Assembly (NCBI GenBank): GCA_030770535.1
Contig: JASVEC010000171.1
Location: 1-37,070 of the forward strand
Direction of reading: 5' to 3'
Length of the DNA stretch: 37,070 bases
Source: Batkoa obscura
Taxonomy: Eukaryota
Shown: positions 13,059 through 25,099 of the stretch, piece by piece
Layout: every line of letters begins with the position of its first letter
How positions within the stretch are numbered: position 1 is the stretch's first letter
Made by a program: the position numbers and the translations under genes
Notes under the pieces: generated by a model
What the model was told of the DNA's origin: nothing
The model's input: the letters and a program-made list of their open reading frames with translations, nothing else
Database searches by the model: none

Positions 13059-13452
13059 TTATATTTTATATTAATTGTAATTTAATAAGTGAACAAAAAA
13101 GGAAAATTGAGTTATTTTTTCTTTTGATAAATTAAAGGATGGAAGTTACGTTGATAAAAAGTTGATTGGTTGAATTATTTTAATGAGATAACATTTTTAT
13201 TTTATTTTGTTCACTTCTCATATAATATAAAGATTGAAAATTAAAAGAATAACTATTTTCATAATTAAAATGATTAATAGAATGATTAATATTTTTGACC
13301 ATTTTGTTAGATAATCTAATATCCAACTTGATCGAGCTGAGAAAATAAAACTTATGAGTTGATTTATAGCCACTTTATTGAGAAATAAAAATCATTGATA
13401 ATATAATATAATATAATATAATTAACGAGCATTGAATACTTAATTTATTTTG

Positions 13453-15578
13453 TTATAGATTTAATAAATGAATGAGATGTTTAATTAGATCCGTTTTTGT
13501 ATAATCATAACAATTATTTAATAAACTATTTGATAGCCAATATTGTACTTCTTTTTTTAATAAAAAAGAAATGTTATTAATAGGTAAACTAAATAACAAT
13601 TCATTATTTATATCATTTGTATTAAAGATATTATAATCTACAAATATTAATAAATGTTCCATTATAATATATATATGTTTATTTACCAATGTTATCATTC
13701 TTTTTAATGTAGATAGCTTTATAATGAAATTTAACTTTTAAATTATTTTCAAAGTAAATTATACTAAATACAAGTTAAATAGAATAACAATAAAATAACA
13801 ATAAAATAACAATAAAATAACAATAAAATAACAATAAAATAGTAGAATAAATATAATTACCTTATTAAAGCATCTTCAATAGTTGCTATTTTTCTATGAA
13901 AACATTTAGCATTTAAAATAGTGATTTTGGCTAAACTCTATGCATAATGAATTTAATGTTCATATTTAATATTTATATTTGATATTATTTTTATTATTCC
14001 TTACAGATAATGAATCATGTGGATTTAATATACATTTCTTTTTATTTAATTGTAAGTTTCTTAATGCTTTGAAATACATTTGTATTATTTCTTGACAACA
14101 TTCACTTAAACTATTATAATAATAGTATATTATTATTGAATTATATAATTTAATTACCTTATATCTAAATTATATAATAATTCCAAATACTAAAAATAAA
14201 ATAGTTAGAATTTATCGATTATTAGTTGAATTACATTTTTCATTTTAATAAATAATTCATCGTTCTGTTGATAATGATTATTTAAATAATTATCATCAAT
14301 CAATGTATTATTTAAAAACAAATTAATTTCTTCATTAGTACTAATATCTTTCTTTTTGATTATAATATCAAAGTCACTTCAATTAATGTTAATAATATAA
14401 ATAAAATATTAATATATTATTTACTTTAATAAAACATTCAAATCAAACGGATATTTTTTCTATTAAATTGATAATTATTGATTATTGTTAATTATTGTTA
14501 ATTATTATTATTTGTTATTTATTTATTTTACTTTTAATAATTCTATATTACATAATAATATTATTGATATGTTTAAAGATTGAAATTTAGTGATTTTAAT
14601 TAATAACTCTATAATGATTCATTAACTTACAATTAATACTAATTCTTTAATTTTACCTTTTAATTTTTTTATATTTTTTAATGTAAAAGTATATAATTTT
14701 ATACACAATAAACCATTCTTTAAATCTGAAATTAAATTTGCTAATAAAAATATTATAATATATTTAAATAAAAATAAATACTTTTACCATGTATTCCCTG
14801 TGATATATTATTTTTAGTTACTTTTTGATTATCAAAGTAATCTAATTTCATTAATTCATTATTTTGAAATTGCCAATAATTAATTCTGATATTAATGTTA
14901 ATATTAATATTAATATTTTAATCTATCAATTTTAATCTTTTGATTTTATTACTTTTTAACTTTTGAAATTATTTGAAATAAATAATTTAATTTTAAATCA
15001 TCATCATTATAAAACATTAATGTTTTTAGATTATTAGATGTTAAACTATAATGAAATATTATTATAAATAGTGATATTAAAGGGGCTGTTTTTTTTAGCT
15101 TCATTATCTTTCCACTTTTTAAGCGCTATTTGAATGGAAGGATTGTAGTAAAATTCTTAAACAAAAAATACATCCCCATAACTTGTATTTAAGAATGATA
15201 ATAACTTACTTTAATAACAATACATGTTTAATTTGATTAAAATTGTTATTAAAATATAAACAATCTAAAATCAATTATAAATTTATAAATTTATAAAATA
15301 TTAAAATAGTTACTTAATATAGTTTGATACATAATGTTAAGTTGAAATTCAATTGAATTTAATTGAACATTATTCTCTATTTTATCCTATATCTGTTATA
15401 AGCAAATAATATATAGCTAAAATATTATTTATACTTGTTTATAATAATAATTGTTCACCTAAAATAATATTAATTATAGCTATAAAGTACTGATTTAAGT
15501 TACTTCAAATAGAACACTTTTATTTATATAATTTAATCCATCAAGTTCTTTTGATAATTCTATTTATTAATTAATATA

Positions 15579-15609
<31 letters not shown>

Positions 15610-17413
15610 AACAATATTAAATGATAATGATAATGATAATGATAATGATAATGTAAAGTAAATAATAATAGTAAATAATAATTAGTAATAGTAATAATAA
15701 ATTGTATTTTACCTTTCGAATTAAATAAATATGTTGGCTTACATAAAAATTGAATTTCTTGGCCAATATTAAATTTATTTATTAAATCATCTTATTTTTA
15801 ATTATGTTTTATTTTATTTATTTATTTTATTTACTTTCAAGTAATAAAAGGGCACAACGTAACATAACACTACAAACATTATTACCTTTTTCTATTATTA
15901 ATATCCATTGAATTTCTAATAATTGTAAAAATAATAATTTAGATAAAATAATAATTTAGATAAAATAATAATTTAGATAAAATAATAATTTAGATAAAAT
16001 AATAATTTAGATAAAATATTAATTTAGATAAAATATTAATTTAGATATAATAATTTAGATAAAATATTAATTTAGATAAAATATTAATTTAGATAAAATA
16101 TTAATTTAGATAAAATATTATATTACCTTTGTATAGTCTATCTTCTACGATTTCTTCCATTTTTTTTAAACAACTTGAACACAATAAATCTAATTTATGT
16201 AATTCAATACTATTTAAATAATAGCTATTAATAATAGATTAAATTAATTTGATTTAATTTGATTTACTTTGTAGTTATTGGGGAATAATAATTAGCTTCT
16301 GTTCTTTTAATAACTTTATATTTCATATTCAATTTACTTGAAGTCAAATAATTTTTATCTCGACATAAACTATTTTGACAGTTATATTTTTTAGTAATTC
16401 TAAATATTATATCAATATTTGATTGTATTATTATTATTAATTAATTATCAATTAATCAATTAATAATTACATTTTATATCTTTTCTCCCAAATACTATTA
16501 ATAATTCCGTTTAAAATTATAAATGGTTCATTTTGTTTGTTGAAATAATCACAATGTTCTTTCTTAATTGTACTTGGCGTAAATCTAAATTAGTAAGTAA
16601 AAGTTTTATTAAAATAAATAATAAAATACAATTCTAAATTAGGTAAATTAAATAATCGTATTTTGATTTCAACTTGTTCAGTTATAATTTTAAGTGAACA
16701 ATTGAGTATCAATTGTAATAATTCAAGAGTAATTGACTTAAATTCATCTTCAATAATAACTAATTTTGTTGGAAACAAAAGTTCATTTCCAATAAGACCT
16801 AATAATATAAAATACTAGAATTCTAATTATAAATGAAGTTACTATTATAATTTAACATATGTAATACATCAATCTCATATTTAATACGATAATAATTGAT
16901 ATTTGATTTCATCTAATAAAAAGTATTAATAATTAAAATGAAATATACTTTATATTTACTTTTATCTTCAATTGATTAGATTCTTCAATACCAAGATGAA
17001 TATCACCCATATGATTCTTTATGATATCTTCAAACATATTAGTAATTTTTATCATTGTTTAATAATTAATATTACAATTCTTAATATAACCATAACGAGT
17101 GAAATCTTCTGGATCAATCGGAAAGCGGTAACTATCTTCTGGGTGATATCGAGTATTAACTTTATTATCAGAAGGTGGTAATTGCTATAAAAAATTAGAA
17201 AACTAAAAAAACTAAAAAAACTAAGAATAAAATTACTTTTGCGTTATAAGGTAAAGGAGTCTTGTAGCTTGTAGTTAATGTAGATTGAGAAGATAACTCA
17301 TTAAACACATTACTTGAATTATCTAGTGTTGAAAAAGAGTAAATTGGTTTTTTAGAGAATAAATCTATGTTTTTATCCATTTCTAGGTTGATTGATTTGT
17401 ATATCAATTCCAT
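13453..17413 (-). CDS. MCMDC2: MCMDC2-like protein, right copy with intact ATG
   Basis: Same exons as the left copy; starts AAAATGGAATTG (MELIYKS) at 17413 and ends LIHLLNL* at 13453. Confidence 0.78.
15078..15180 (-). mobile_element. MITE copy in the right-arm intron, identical to 4569-4671
   Basis: Exact reverse complement of the left-arm MITE. Confidence 0.85.
15935..16118 (-). repeat. 17-bp minisatellite, 11 units (one shortened to 14 bp)
   Basis: TAATTTAGATAAAATA(A/T) units counted by hand; the left-arm counterpart has 8. Confidence 0.93.
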
Positions 17414-17910
17414 TTTATACTATTTGTTGTTATTATTACTTTATATAAAATGCATTTATACCATATTACTTATGTTTTAAAAAGCATTAAAAGTATTAAA
17501 AAGCTATGATTGATGGATAGTATCCTAGAATTAAAATGTCGATTTATTATAATATTTGTAAAATGGATTGTAGTTTAGTGCTACAAACAATTTATGTTTA
17601 GTATTTTTTATTTATTTTCATATAAAAAATGGCTAGTTATTTGAGCTATTACACATTTGTTAGAATAAGCTTATAGCAAATACACTAAGTTTTCAAAAAG
17701 AGTAACTAATAGTAATATTTGCAACAATTTTGCTTTGTATTCAAAACATAAATAACCTCACTTTTATTTAATAAACTGCAGCCTCTTTTATATAAAAACC
17801 GTTAGTTACTTCCTATTAGTATTTCTATTCCTAAATACCTTATATGATTATATAAAAGCACTTTGCCTATTCAAACACCTAAATTCTTTGTTCGAATTCC
17901 ATTAGCATAG

Positions 17911-18013
17911 TACGGGAATGCATTCTTTGTTTAAGGATTGTACTAACAATCTTTCCGCTCAAATAGCGCTTAAGAGATAGAAAAAGTAATGAAGCAAAAA
18001 AAACATCCCGATA
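17911..18013 (+). mobile_element. MITE copy (diverged)
   Basis: TACGGGAATG...TACTAACAATCTTTCCGCTCAAATAGCGCTTAA...AAACATCCCGATA. Confidence 0.8.
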
Positions 18014-18349
18014 TATTATAATAACGATACATTCAACCAACGTAATAAGCATATTTATTTATAAGTTACACATTGACCCCTTCACTAGAACATAGACTTG
18101 ATGAACTATACAATTACAGTAACCAACGTGAGCAAGTTGTTGGCATAATATAACTTACTGTGATAGGAAAGAAATTCCCAATGGTGATTACTATTAACTA
18201 TGTATATAGGTTTTGGCAGAAGCTATTATATAAGCATTTATGTTTTATTGATCTATACAGTAAAATGGGAAATTATAGTTTAACGTGGTTTTTACAATGA
18301 TAAAGATACGATATAAAACTAATTAAAGTGAAAAATAAATAACATTTTA

Positions 18350-19027
18350 TTAAAATTTTAACCTTAAAGGGGAAGGATTAAAATAATTGATGATAGATGA
18401 TCTTTGAGATATAATATGACCTAACATAAATACAATTAAACCTTCAGGTAAATCTAAAATAGTATTAATACTATCGATTGTAACTTTAGCCACTTCTTTT
18501 AATTTTATAAAATCAAATTTGACTGTGCCTAAAATCTGTTTACTTTCCACTACAATTAGCTTCCAATCATTCATATTATTAGTAGCATCTAACAACAGAA
18601 GCACAGTTTCATTATTCGATATAAACTCTATCATAAACCATTTACCATCCCCAGTTTCGATACAGATAGTATGATAATCCAAATCATTAAAATACTTCCA
18701 ATTACAGATAGAAATAGACCACATCAATTTTTGTTTTGTCGATATATTACTACGAAGAGTAGCCACAGTTCCAACGCCGCTTAATGATAGAGTGGAGTGT
18801 TTATAAGTTTTGCTGATACAATTTAATTGTTTAATCGAATTTTCAAAACTTTCTCGAATGATTATATGGTTTAAATTGAATATACTCTTTGATGTGAAGT
18901 CATATTGACTTTCTTTAATTTCAATGGGGCGGTATAAATAAACCAAGGTACCAGTAGAAAATCTCTTTCTGTCCTGCCTATCCACTTTACTAGTGTTACA
19001 CTTTGGAAATAATATGCTCAAAAACAT
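18350..19027 (-). CDS. Hypothetical protein, 225 aa, intronless
   Basis: A 678-bp ORF is long for this AT content and starts at ATG. It shows a beta-strand-like pattern followed by a hydrophobic C-terminal helix. No family recognised with confidence. Confidence 0.7.
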   Translation of the reverse strand: MFLSILFPKCNTSKVDRQDRKRFSTGTLVYLYRPIEIKESQYDFTSKSIFNLNHIIIRESFENSIKQLNCISKTYKHSTLSLSGVGTVATLRSNISTKQKLMWSISICNWKYFNDLDYHTICIETGDGKWFMIEFISNNETVLLLLDATNNMNDWKLIVVESKQILGTVKFDFIKLKEVAKVTIDSINTILDLPEGLIVFMLGHIISQRSSIINYFNPSPLRLKF

Positions 19028-19989
19028 GATTTATTCTTTCTTTTAAAATATTTATTCTTTTTATACTTTTTATATACTTTAAATCACACGAATAATTAAT
19101 AATATAAAAGCCTTCTTAATCTACTAGGGGTATTTAATGTCCATATTAATACACTTTCGTACTTAATTAGTAGTTGGTGTTCGGTGAGTTAACAATTAAG
19201 TCAACATTTTAAAAATCAACTTTAAATTAGCAAAAGTTAACAATTTTAAAACATATTCATTACTTTGATCGTACTTTTAAGCTTAAAACTAGCTAGAAAT
19301 GTGGCAACAAAGGGTGTCATTCATAAAATTAAACTTATTCTACTTGTATACTATATTTTAGCCTAGCCTTATGTAGAACAGGGTTATTAATCACTTTTAA
19401 TAAGTGATCTTCAATTTTGCTATTATTTTTTACATTTGTAAGCTCAAATGTACACTGAAAATTATCCACTTAAGACTAAAATTTTGAGTTTCAGGCTCCA
19501 AGTTAGTGAAATTATAAACTATTAATTATAAAAAACATCGCTAACTAGCCCACATTCAAACTTAAACAGACTTTAATAGATGTTTTTAATGCTATTTTTT
19601 AAACTGTTTTGCATAACCATGCTATTTTAGCTTTAAAACAAAAATTAATAAGTCAAAACAACTATCATTTAATATAATAATACCAGTATAAAGAAAATAA
19701 CCTAATAAAATGCTAACTTTTTAAAAATAAATTCTAAACTAAAGAATTATTATGCTATAATTTTAAACTACACACTAACTAATTTGCTATTATAATAATA
19801 TTCTATTGGTATTATCAAAAATAAAAGCCTGCTATTTCTTTTTGTAGGATGACGTTGTCAACTTACAAAAAAATATAATTACGCGTCTTTTAAAATAAAC
19901 TATTTGGGTACACATATATTATATTACGACTTAGAAAATTCAGTTTATAAAGACAGGAATATATAAAATAACTTATACTTTATTATCTC

Positions 19990-20661
19990 TTATAGCAATA
20001 TTGGAAGCGACAAGTGGATGTAATATAAAAATAAAATAATAAAAATTAACCCTACACCACCAAAGAAATGCCTATGGATGAATACAACTTTTTTTTTTAA
20101 TATACTTGTATCAACATTCTTATATTGCAACAATGGAACATCCCCAATATAATGCGAGTTGCCAAACCCACCAACCCAATAAATAGACTGAACTTTAATA
20201 CGATAAAATTGAAAGTCTTTCCAGCCCAACCAAAACTTAGTATCACTATGTTTTTTCAAAAACGCTTGTTTTGCTAACTCAATTAACTCTTCTTCCAATG
20301 GTGCTATTTCTCCCATCAAACAAAATCTACTATTTCCCATGATTTTAGTACCCCCAGGTTCACGGACTGTAAAAGCTACTTTAGGATTAGAACTGAAATT
20401 ATGGTAGCTTTTTTGCATGGTTGATACCAGCAATATAGGATCTCCATAAGTTTCATTAAGATCAATATAGTAGTCGAAGATACAAAATGGGTAACCGGAT
20501 AAATTATTGCCTGCCTCTAGTTTCTCAAGGTTGTGATGACCACCCTGTTGTGGTGATGGATTATAAATAGTAGATAATGTCCCGATCCCTTCCTGTCGTA
20601 ATAACTTTCTTGCTGCTATTCCTGCTTCGTTGGAGTTACTTTCAAGTGTGTTGAAGGTCAT
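19990..20661 (-). CDS. CREG-like / pyridoxamine-5'-phosphate-oxidase-like split-barrel protein with a C-terminal hydrophobic segment
   Basis: Motifs ARKLL...IGTLSTIY, GYPF...DYY, GDPILL, SRFCLMGEI, FLKKHSD..FW and FYRIKVQSIYWVGGFG..YIG are typical of the CREG/Pyrid_oxidase_2-type family. Confidence 0.85.
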   Translation of the reverse strand: MTFNTLESNSNEAGIAARKLLRQEGIGTLSTIYNPSPQQGGHHNLEKLEAGNNLSGYPFCIFDYYIDLNETYGDPILLVSTMQKSYHNFSSNPKVAFTVREPGGTKIMGNSRFCLMGEIAPLEEELIELAKQAFLKKHSDTKFWLGWKDFQFYRIKVQSIYWVGGFGNSHYIGDVPLLQYKNVDTSILKKKVVFIHRHFFGGVGLIFIILFLYYIHLSLPILL

Positions 20662-20789
20662 TTTGAAAATAAAGCTAAATTAAAAATGTATAATCTGATT
20701 TTTGTGGTTTTAATCTGATCTAATTTTTGGATTTCAGGTCACTTTTTGCAGTTTAAGTGACTGCAATTTAGTTACTGCTTTTATTATGG

Positions 20790-21160
20790 GCTAAAATATT
20801 GAATATTAAGAATTAATGGATTTCTAGGATTTTGGAGTGGGCAATCTATTGGAATTGAATTTGAAACAGCTATTAAATATAACTTCAAAATTTTTAAGTC
20901 AAACTCTACCAAAATTTTTACTAGGAGTTAAAGTTGTCTGGTTAAAAATTCATTTGATGCCAAATAAAGTTTTATGTTATAAAAATCCAAATAAATTTTC
21001 ACTACATAGAATATAGCATTAGCTTTAACCTAGCCTTGAGATTAACTTTAATACTAAAATAATATCATTTTTAAGATTCACCAATACAATACTTTGTTAA
21101 CTTTAATATCTCCCTTACCAGGATTATATTCCTGCCACCATTTTTAAAAACATTGAACCT
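20790..21160 (-). mobile_element. Probable decayed Tc1/mariner transposase fragment
   Basis: Minus strand, in the expected order: FKNGGRNIILV...TKYCIGE (from 21148; cf. KHGGGSIMVWG...GVG), a frameshifted CAGACAAC (20933-20940; cf. QDN) and IDCPLQNP (~20826-20849; cf. LDWPPQSPDLN). Many stops and indels. Confidence 0.45.
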
Positions 21161-21961
21161 AAGGCAAATGTTTATTATGAAAACTAAAATGAAATATAAA
21201 GTAATTTTTCAAATAATTTGAAATTTTTTGATGGAAAACTCAGTAACAGTAGTAAATTGTAACTAGAAAAATTGCTGATTTTTAATAATACTGTAAAGTA
21301 TTTTAAGATGGTAATAGTGAAGCTTACAATCGATTAAAAAAATTAGATCAAAGTTTAATTTGAAAATAAATCAAAGTTCAAGCTAAATATTGCGCCATAT
21401 TTAATAATATAGCTAACAGCAGATTTAAATAAACATACTTAACATAAATAAACGAACCTTATTTTGAAATTTATTATCTGAGAAGTCTAATTTAAGTATT
21501 ACAAACATCAATCCAAATTAAATTATTTTTCAAATCATTGGGCTGAAAAATTTATTGAAAAAATTGATATTAAAATTCCACCTATTTTCATCAGCAACAT
21601 TCTTAAATATTATACAATATGAACATCTAGTTTTTATTAATGCAATTATTTCTAAAATATTATAATGGCTAAAGAGTTTTTTATAGCGGATGATTGCCAC
21701 TAAAATAAAAGTAAAAATGTCAAACATGTTTTTGGCTTTAATGTTATTTGTATGACAGATGTCTTATCTTTTTAAAACAATGGAGCACTTTTAGCTGATG
21801 TCATTTTACAGCATTTTCTTTAAAGATCTTGAATGAACTTGAGAAATTTATAAGTGTATTATTGTTAGTGGAGAATTATCTCAACTTTAATTTGAATGAA
21901 AAGAGTTTTTATAGCATCTTGATTTTTTTTTGATATCCTGGATTATGTTATTTAAATAAAC

Positions 21962-22065
21962 TATGGGGATGTATTTTTGTGTTTAAAATTTTACTAACAA
22001 TCTTTCCACTCAAACAGCGCTTAAAAGATAGAAAAAGTGATGAAGCTAAAAAAGGCACCCTCCTA
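21962..22065 (+). mobile_element. MITE copy
   Basis: TATGGGGATGTATTTTTGTGTTTAAAATTTTACTAACAATCTTTCCACTC...GCACCCTCCTA. Confidence 0.85.
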
Positions 22066-23020
22066 CACTGTTTTGTATGGTAACAAATCAAATACAAATC
22101 ACTTATACTAAAGGATAATTAAAGGTTCATGATTATGCATAATAACAGTATTTTTTGGCAAAAATATTACTAAATAAACATTCTAAAAAAGTTATATGAT
22201 AATGAAGCCAAGGTTAGTTTATTTCAACAACATTTATTGATATAAGCGCTTATTGATACTTTAGAATTCATTTAAGTATATTTAAGTTTTATAAGATACA
22301 TACAAATTTCAACTATTCATATACATAAACATTTGAAATTTATGATAATCAAACATTGAAATTATTATTTGAATTGTCAATAGCGTTTTTCTATTCCATA
22401 TAATTTTCCACTACTTTTCTTCACTAAGTCGGACTAAATTTAGTTCCTGTTAGAGCCACCAGTTAATTAATCTGACTTGATTCTGTATAAAACATCCACT
22501 GTTTTTATTTCAACAATTAATAATATAATATTAACTCCTTGTTAATATTGTATCTAAAATTTAATTTATTTCCTTTGTTTCATAATATGTAGACTTAATG
22601 TTAATCTTTAATGTTGTAAACCTGCTTAAAAAAATAATTAATTAATAAAAACCCAAAGATAAATAATGTATTTGGTAGATTATCAAGTAAAGAATTTTTT
22701 TGATTTTGTGGTTAATATGATCGAATGCTTGCTCATTTTAATTATTATTAGATAAAAGTTTGTCACAATTAAATCCAACCATAAATTAAGTTAATGAGAT
22801 TTTATTGGGGGACCCCTGGTTAGCCGAAAAAAAACAATCTATTTATATTCTGATATTAATTAAGCAAGAACATCTATCATAATTGGCTACGTATTTGCAT
22901 CTCCTACTATTATTATTAAAAAGATTAATAAATTAAAATAATTTCTATGGAGAACATTCTTATTCAAAAAAGGATATAACTACAAGCTGAACGAAAGTTT
23001 TTTTAGTTATCTATTTCAAA

Positions 23021-24237
23021 ATGAAAAGTACTTTAGTTAATTTGTTAATTGGTATCCTTGCTATAGGATATGTTCAATGTAATTTTTTATATCATATTAC
23101 TATTACTTTTATTAATTATATTTAGCTGATTGTAGTGACGATGTAGACATTGAAAAACAAGGCGACTTGAAATCATTATCTGGCTGTTCCACTTATAGTG
23201 GTAAAATTACCTTCAAAAATGCTGGTATTTCAGAAGTTAGCTTCTCTGATCTTGAGAAGTTAGAAGGTGAACTTAAAATCTCTGGGGACAAAGCCATTTC
23301 TGGTATTAGCTTTCCAAAGCTTAAAACTGCCAATAAAATTACCATTGCTAATTTAACTGGACTTGGAAAACTCGACTTCCCTAAACTTAGTGAGGTAACA
23401 GAATTAGTTTTGCAGGATTTGACTCCACTCCAACAATTGACTTTTAACGGTGGTTTAAGTAAGGTTGGAAAGTTTGAAATCTCCAGAACTCAATTAACCA
23501 AGGTTGATGGTTTATCTTTTGAATCTGCTGATTCAGTTAAAGTACTTTCAAATGTTAATCTTCAAGAGATCAACTTTCCTAAACTAAAGCAAACTAAAGG
23601 TGAAGTTCGATTTGAAGCCAACAATATTGCAGCCAAAATTCAAGCTCTTAAACTTGAAACTGTTGGCGGTGATGTTTATTATACCAATTCAAGTGTATTC
23701 TCTGCCCCAGAAATCAAAGAAGTCAAAGGCCTTGTACATATTGCAGGTTGCTCCGATACTAAATTTGAGTTCAAAAAGCTTGAAAAAATTGAGAAAGGTT
23801 TAACTCTTACTACTAATCTTAAACTTAAGGAGGCTTTATTCCCTGTCCTTGCAGAACTTACTCATGGTGGTATATTGGTTGTTAATAATACTAATTTAAA
23901 GAAATTGGACATCAAGAGTCTTGAAAAAGTAGCTGGAGGCTTTACAATTGAAAACCCAAGTATTGCTACGTTAAACCTAAGTAACCAAATCTCTGTTGAT
24001 GGTGCTATTTCTGTCTTTGCAAACTTGACTTGTGAAGGAGAAGGAGCTTTTAATGAGAGAATCGGTGGCCATGCATCTGGCTCAATTGACTGTAAAAACT
24101 CTAACGGAAACGGTGATCTCAAATTGAATGATACTGACTCGGGCAGTAAAAATTCCGAACCTAGTGCCTCATTAACTTCAGTTCAATTCTCATCTATCCC
24201 TTTATTAGCTTTGTTTGCTGGATTTTATTTACTTTAA
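23021..24237 (+). CDS. ECM33/SPS2/Meu10-family GPI-anchored cell-surface protein (receptor L-domain repeats)
   Basis: Signal peptide MKSTLVNLLIGILAIGYVQS, intron 23079-23125, then DC...LSGCSTYSGKITF. Repeated F-P-x-L-x-x-x-x-G-type units follow, then a Ser-rich omega region and hydrophobic tail. Confidence 0.88.
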
Positions 24238-24496
24238 TTATTACCTAATAAAATTGCATTTCCTATTATACACTAGCTTTATAAACAAATCCATAAATAG
24301 ATCAAAGTGTTCTTACTAATATTCCGATTATTTTAGGATATTAAATATAATTATTTTAAAAATAGAATATTTATTGAGGTTTAATATAAGTTAACGATAT
24401 TAAATTTTGATTATTAATATTTTATTAAAATTAATTATATTACTATTCACCCAAGCGAAAAAAGATATAGCTTTTAGAAGGAAAGGCCAAATAGAA

Positions 24497-25099
24497 TTAT
24501 AAGCTAAAGTATGTAGCCATAAAAGAGATGGCAGCAAAGGAAACCAATGAATATGAAACGAAAACTGGGGAAGAATCAGATCCTGCAAGTTCTTTTCTTT
24601 GTTCATCTTTGTCCTTAGTTTTATTTGCATTATCTTTGTCTTTCTTTTCATTATCTTTTTCAGTGGTTTTACATTTATTATTTTTGTTTACATTAGGTTC
24701 ACATACATAGAGATCAGTTTCGCATTTCTCAGTACAAGTTGGGTTGGATCCTCTCCACATTTATCCATACAAGCAAATGCTTAATACTACAAGTTGCAAA
24801 ATGAGCACTAAAGGTAGTGTCTAATAAAATTTAATGGTTTAAAGCTAAAATTAAAAAAAAATTACTTGTTACTGGTGGAACATATCCGGATTCACAAAGA
24901 CATGTATATGTAAGAGTATTTGGCTCACACTCATTCTTTTTGGGGTTGGACTTATCTTGGCAGTAACATGCAGTTACACAATCTTGCTCAGTCTCTACAC
25001 AAATTTGTTCGCGTGTGCTTGTGATTCAACATAAACACTAGCATTAGCAAATGAAGCAGCAGCTAAAGTAGTGATAAGGAGGGTAGAAGAGAATTTCAT
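24497..25099 (-). pseudogene. Frameshifted small Cys-rich secreted/GPI-anchored protein gene
   Basis: Signal peptide MKFSSTLLITTLAAASFANA. The reconstructed domain is TREQICVETEQDCVTACYC...NECEPNTLTYTCLCESGYVP-(intron)-TCSIKAFACMDKCGEDPTCTEKCETDLYVC, followed by a charged linker and hydrophobic tail. Reconstruction needs -1 shifts at ~25020 and ~24781 and removal of a CCAAC duplication at 24738-24747. Confidence 0.8.

Larger units (their letters stand above)
13394..17490 (-). repeat. Right arm of the ~4-kb inverted repeat
   Basis: Reverse complement of 2317-6340, including introns, the MITE insertion and the microsatellites. Confidence 0.97.

Noticed and set aside
2317..17490. Giant transposon with 4-kb TIRs carrying cargo genes
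   Set aside because: The arms are an intron-rich cellular gene. I see no transposase and no target-site duplication at the outer ends.
23600..24122. Short ORFs overlapping the ECM33-like gene
   Set aside because: Alternative-frame and antisense shadows.
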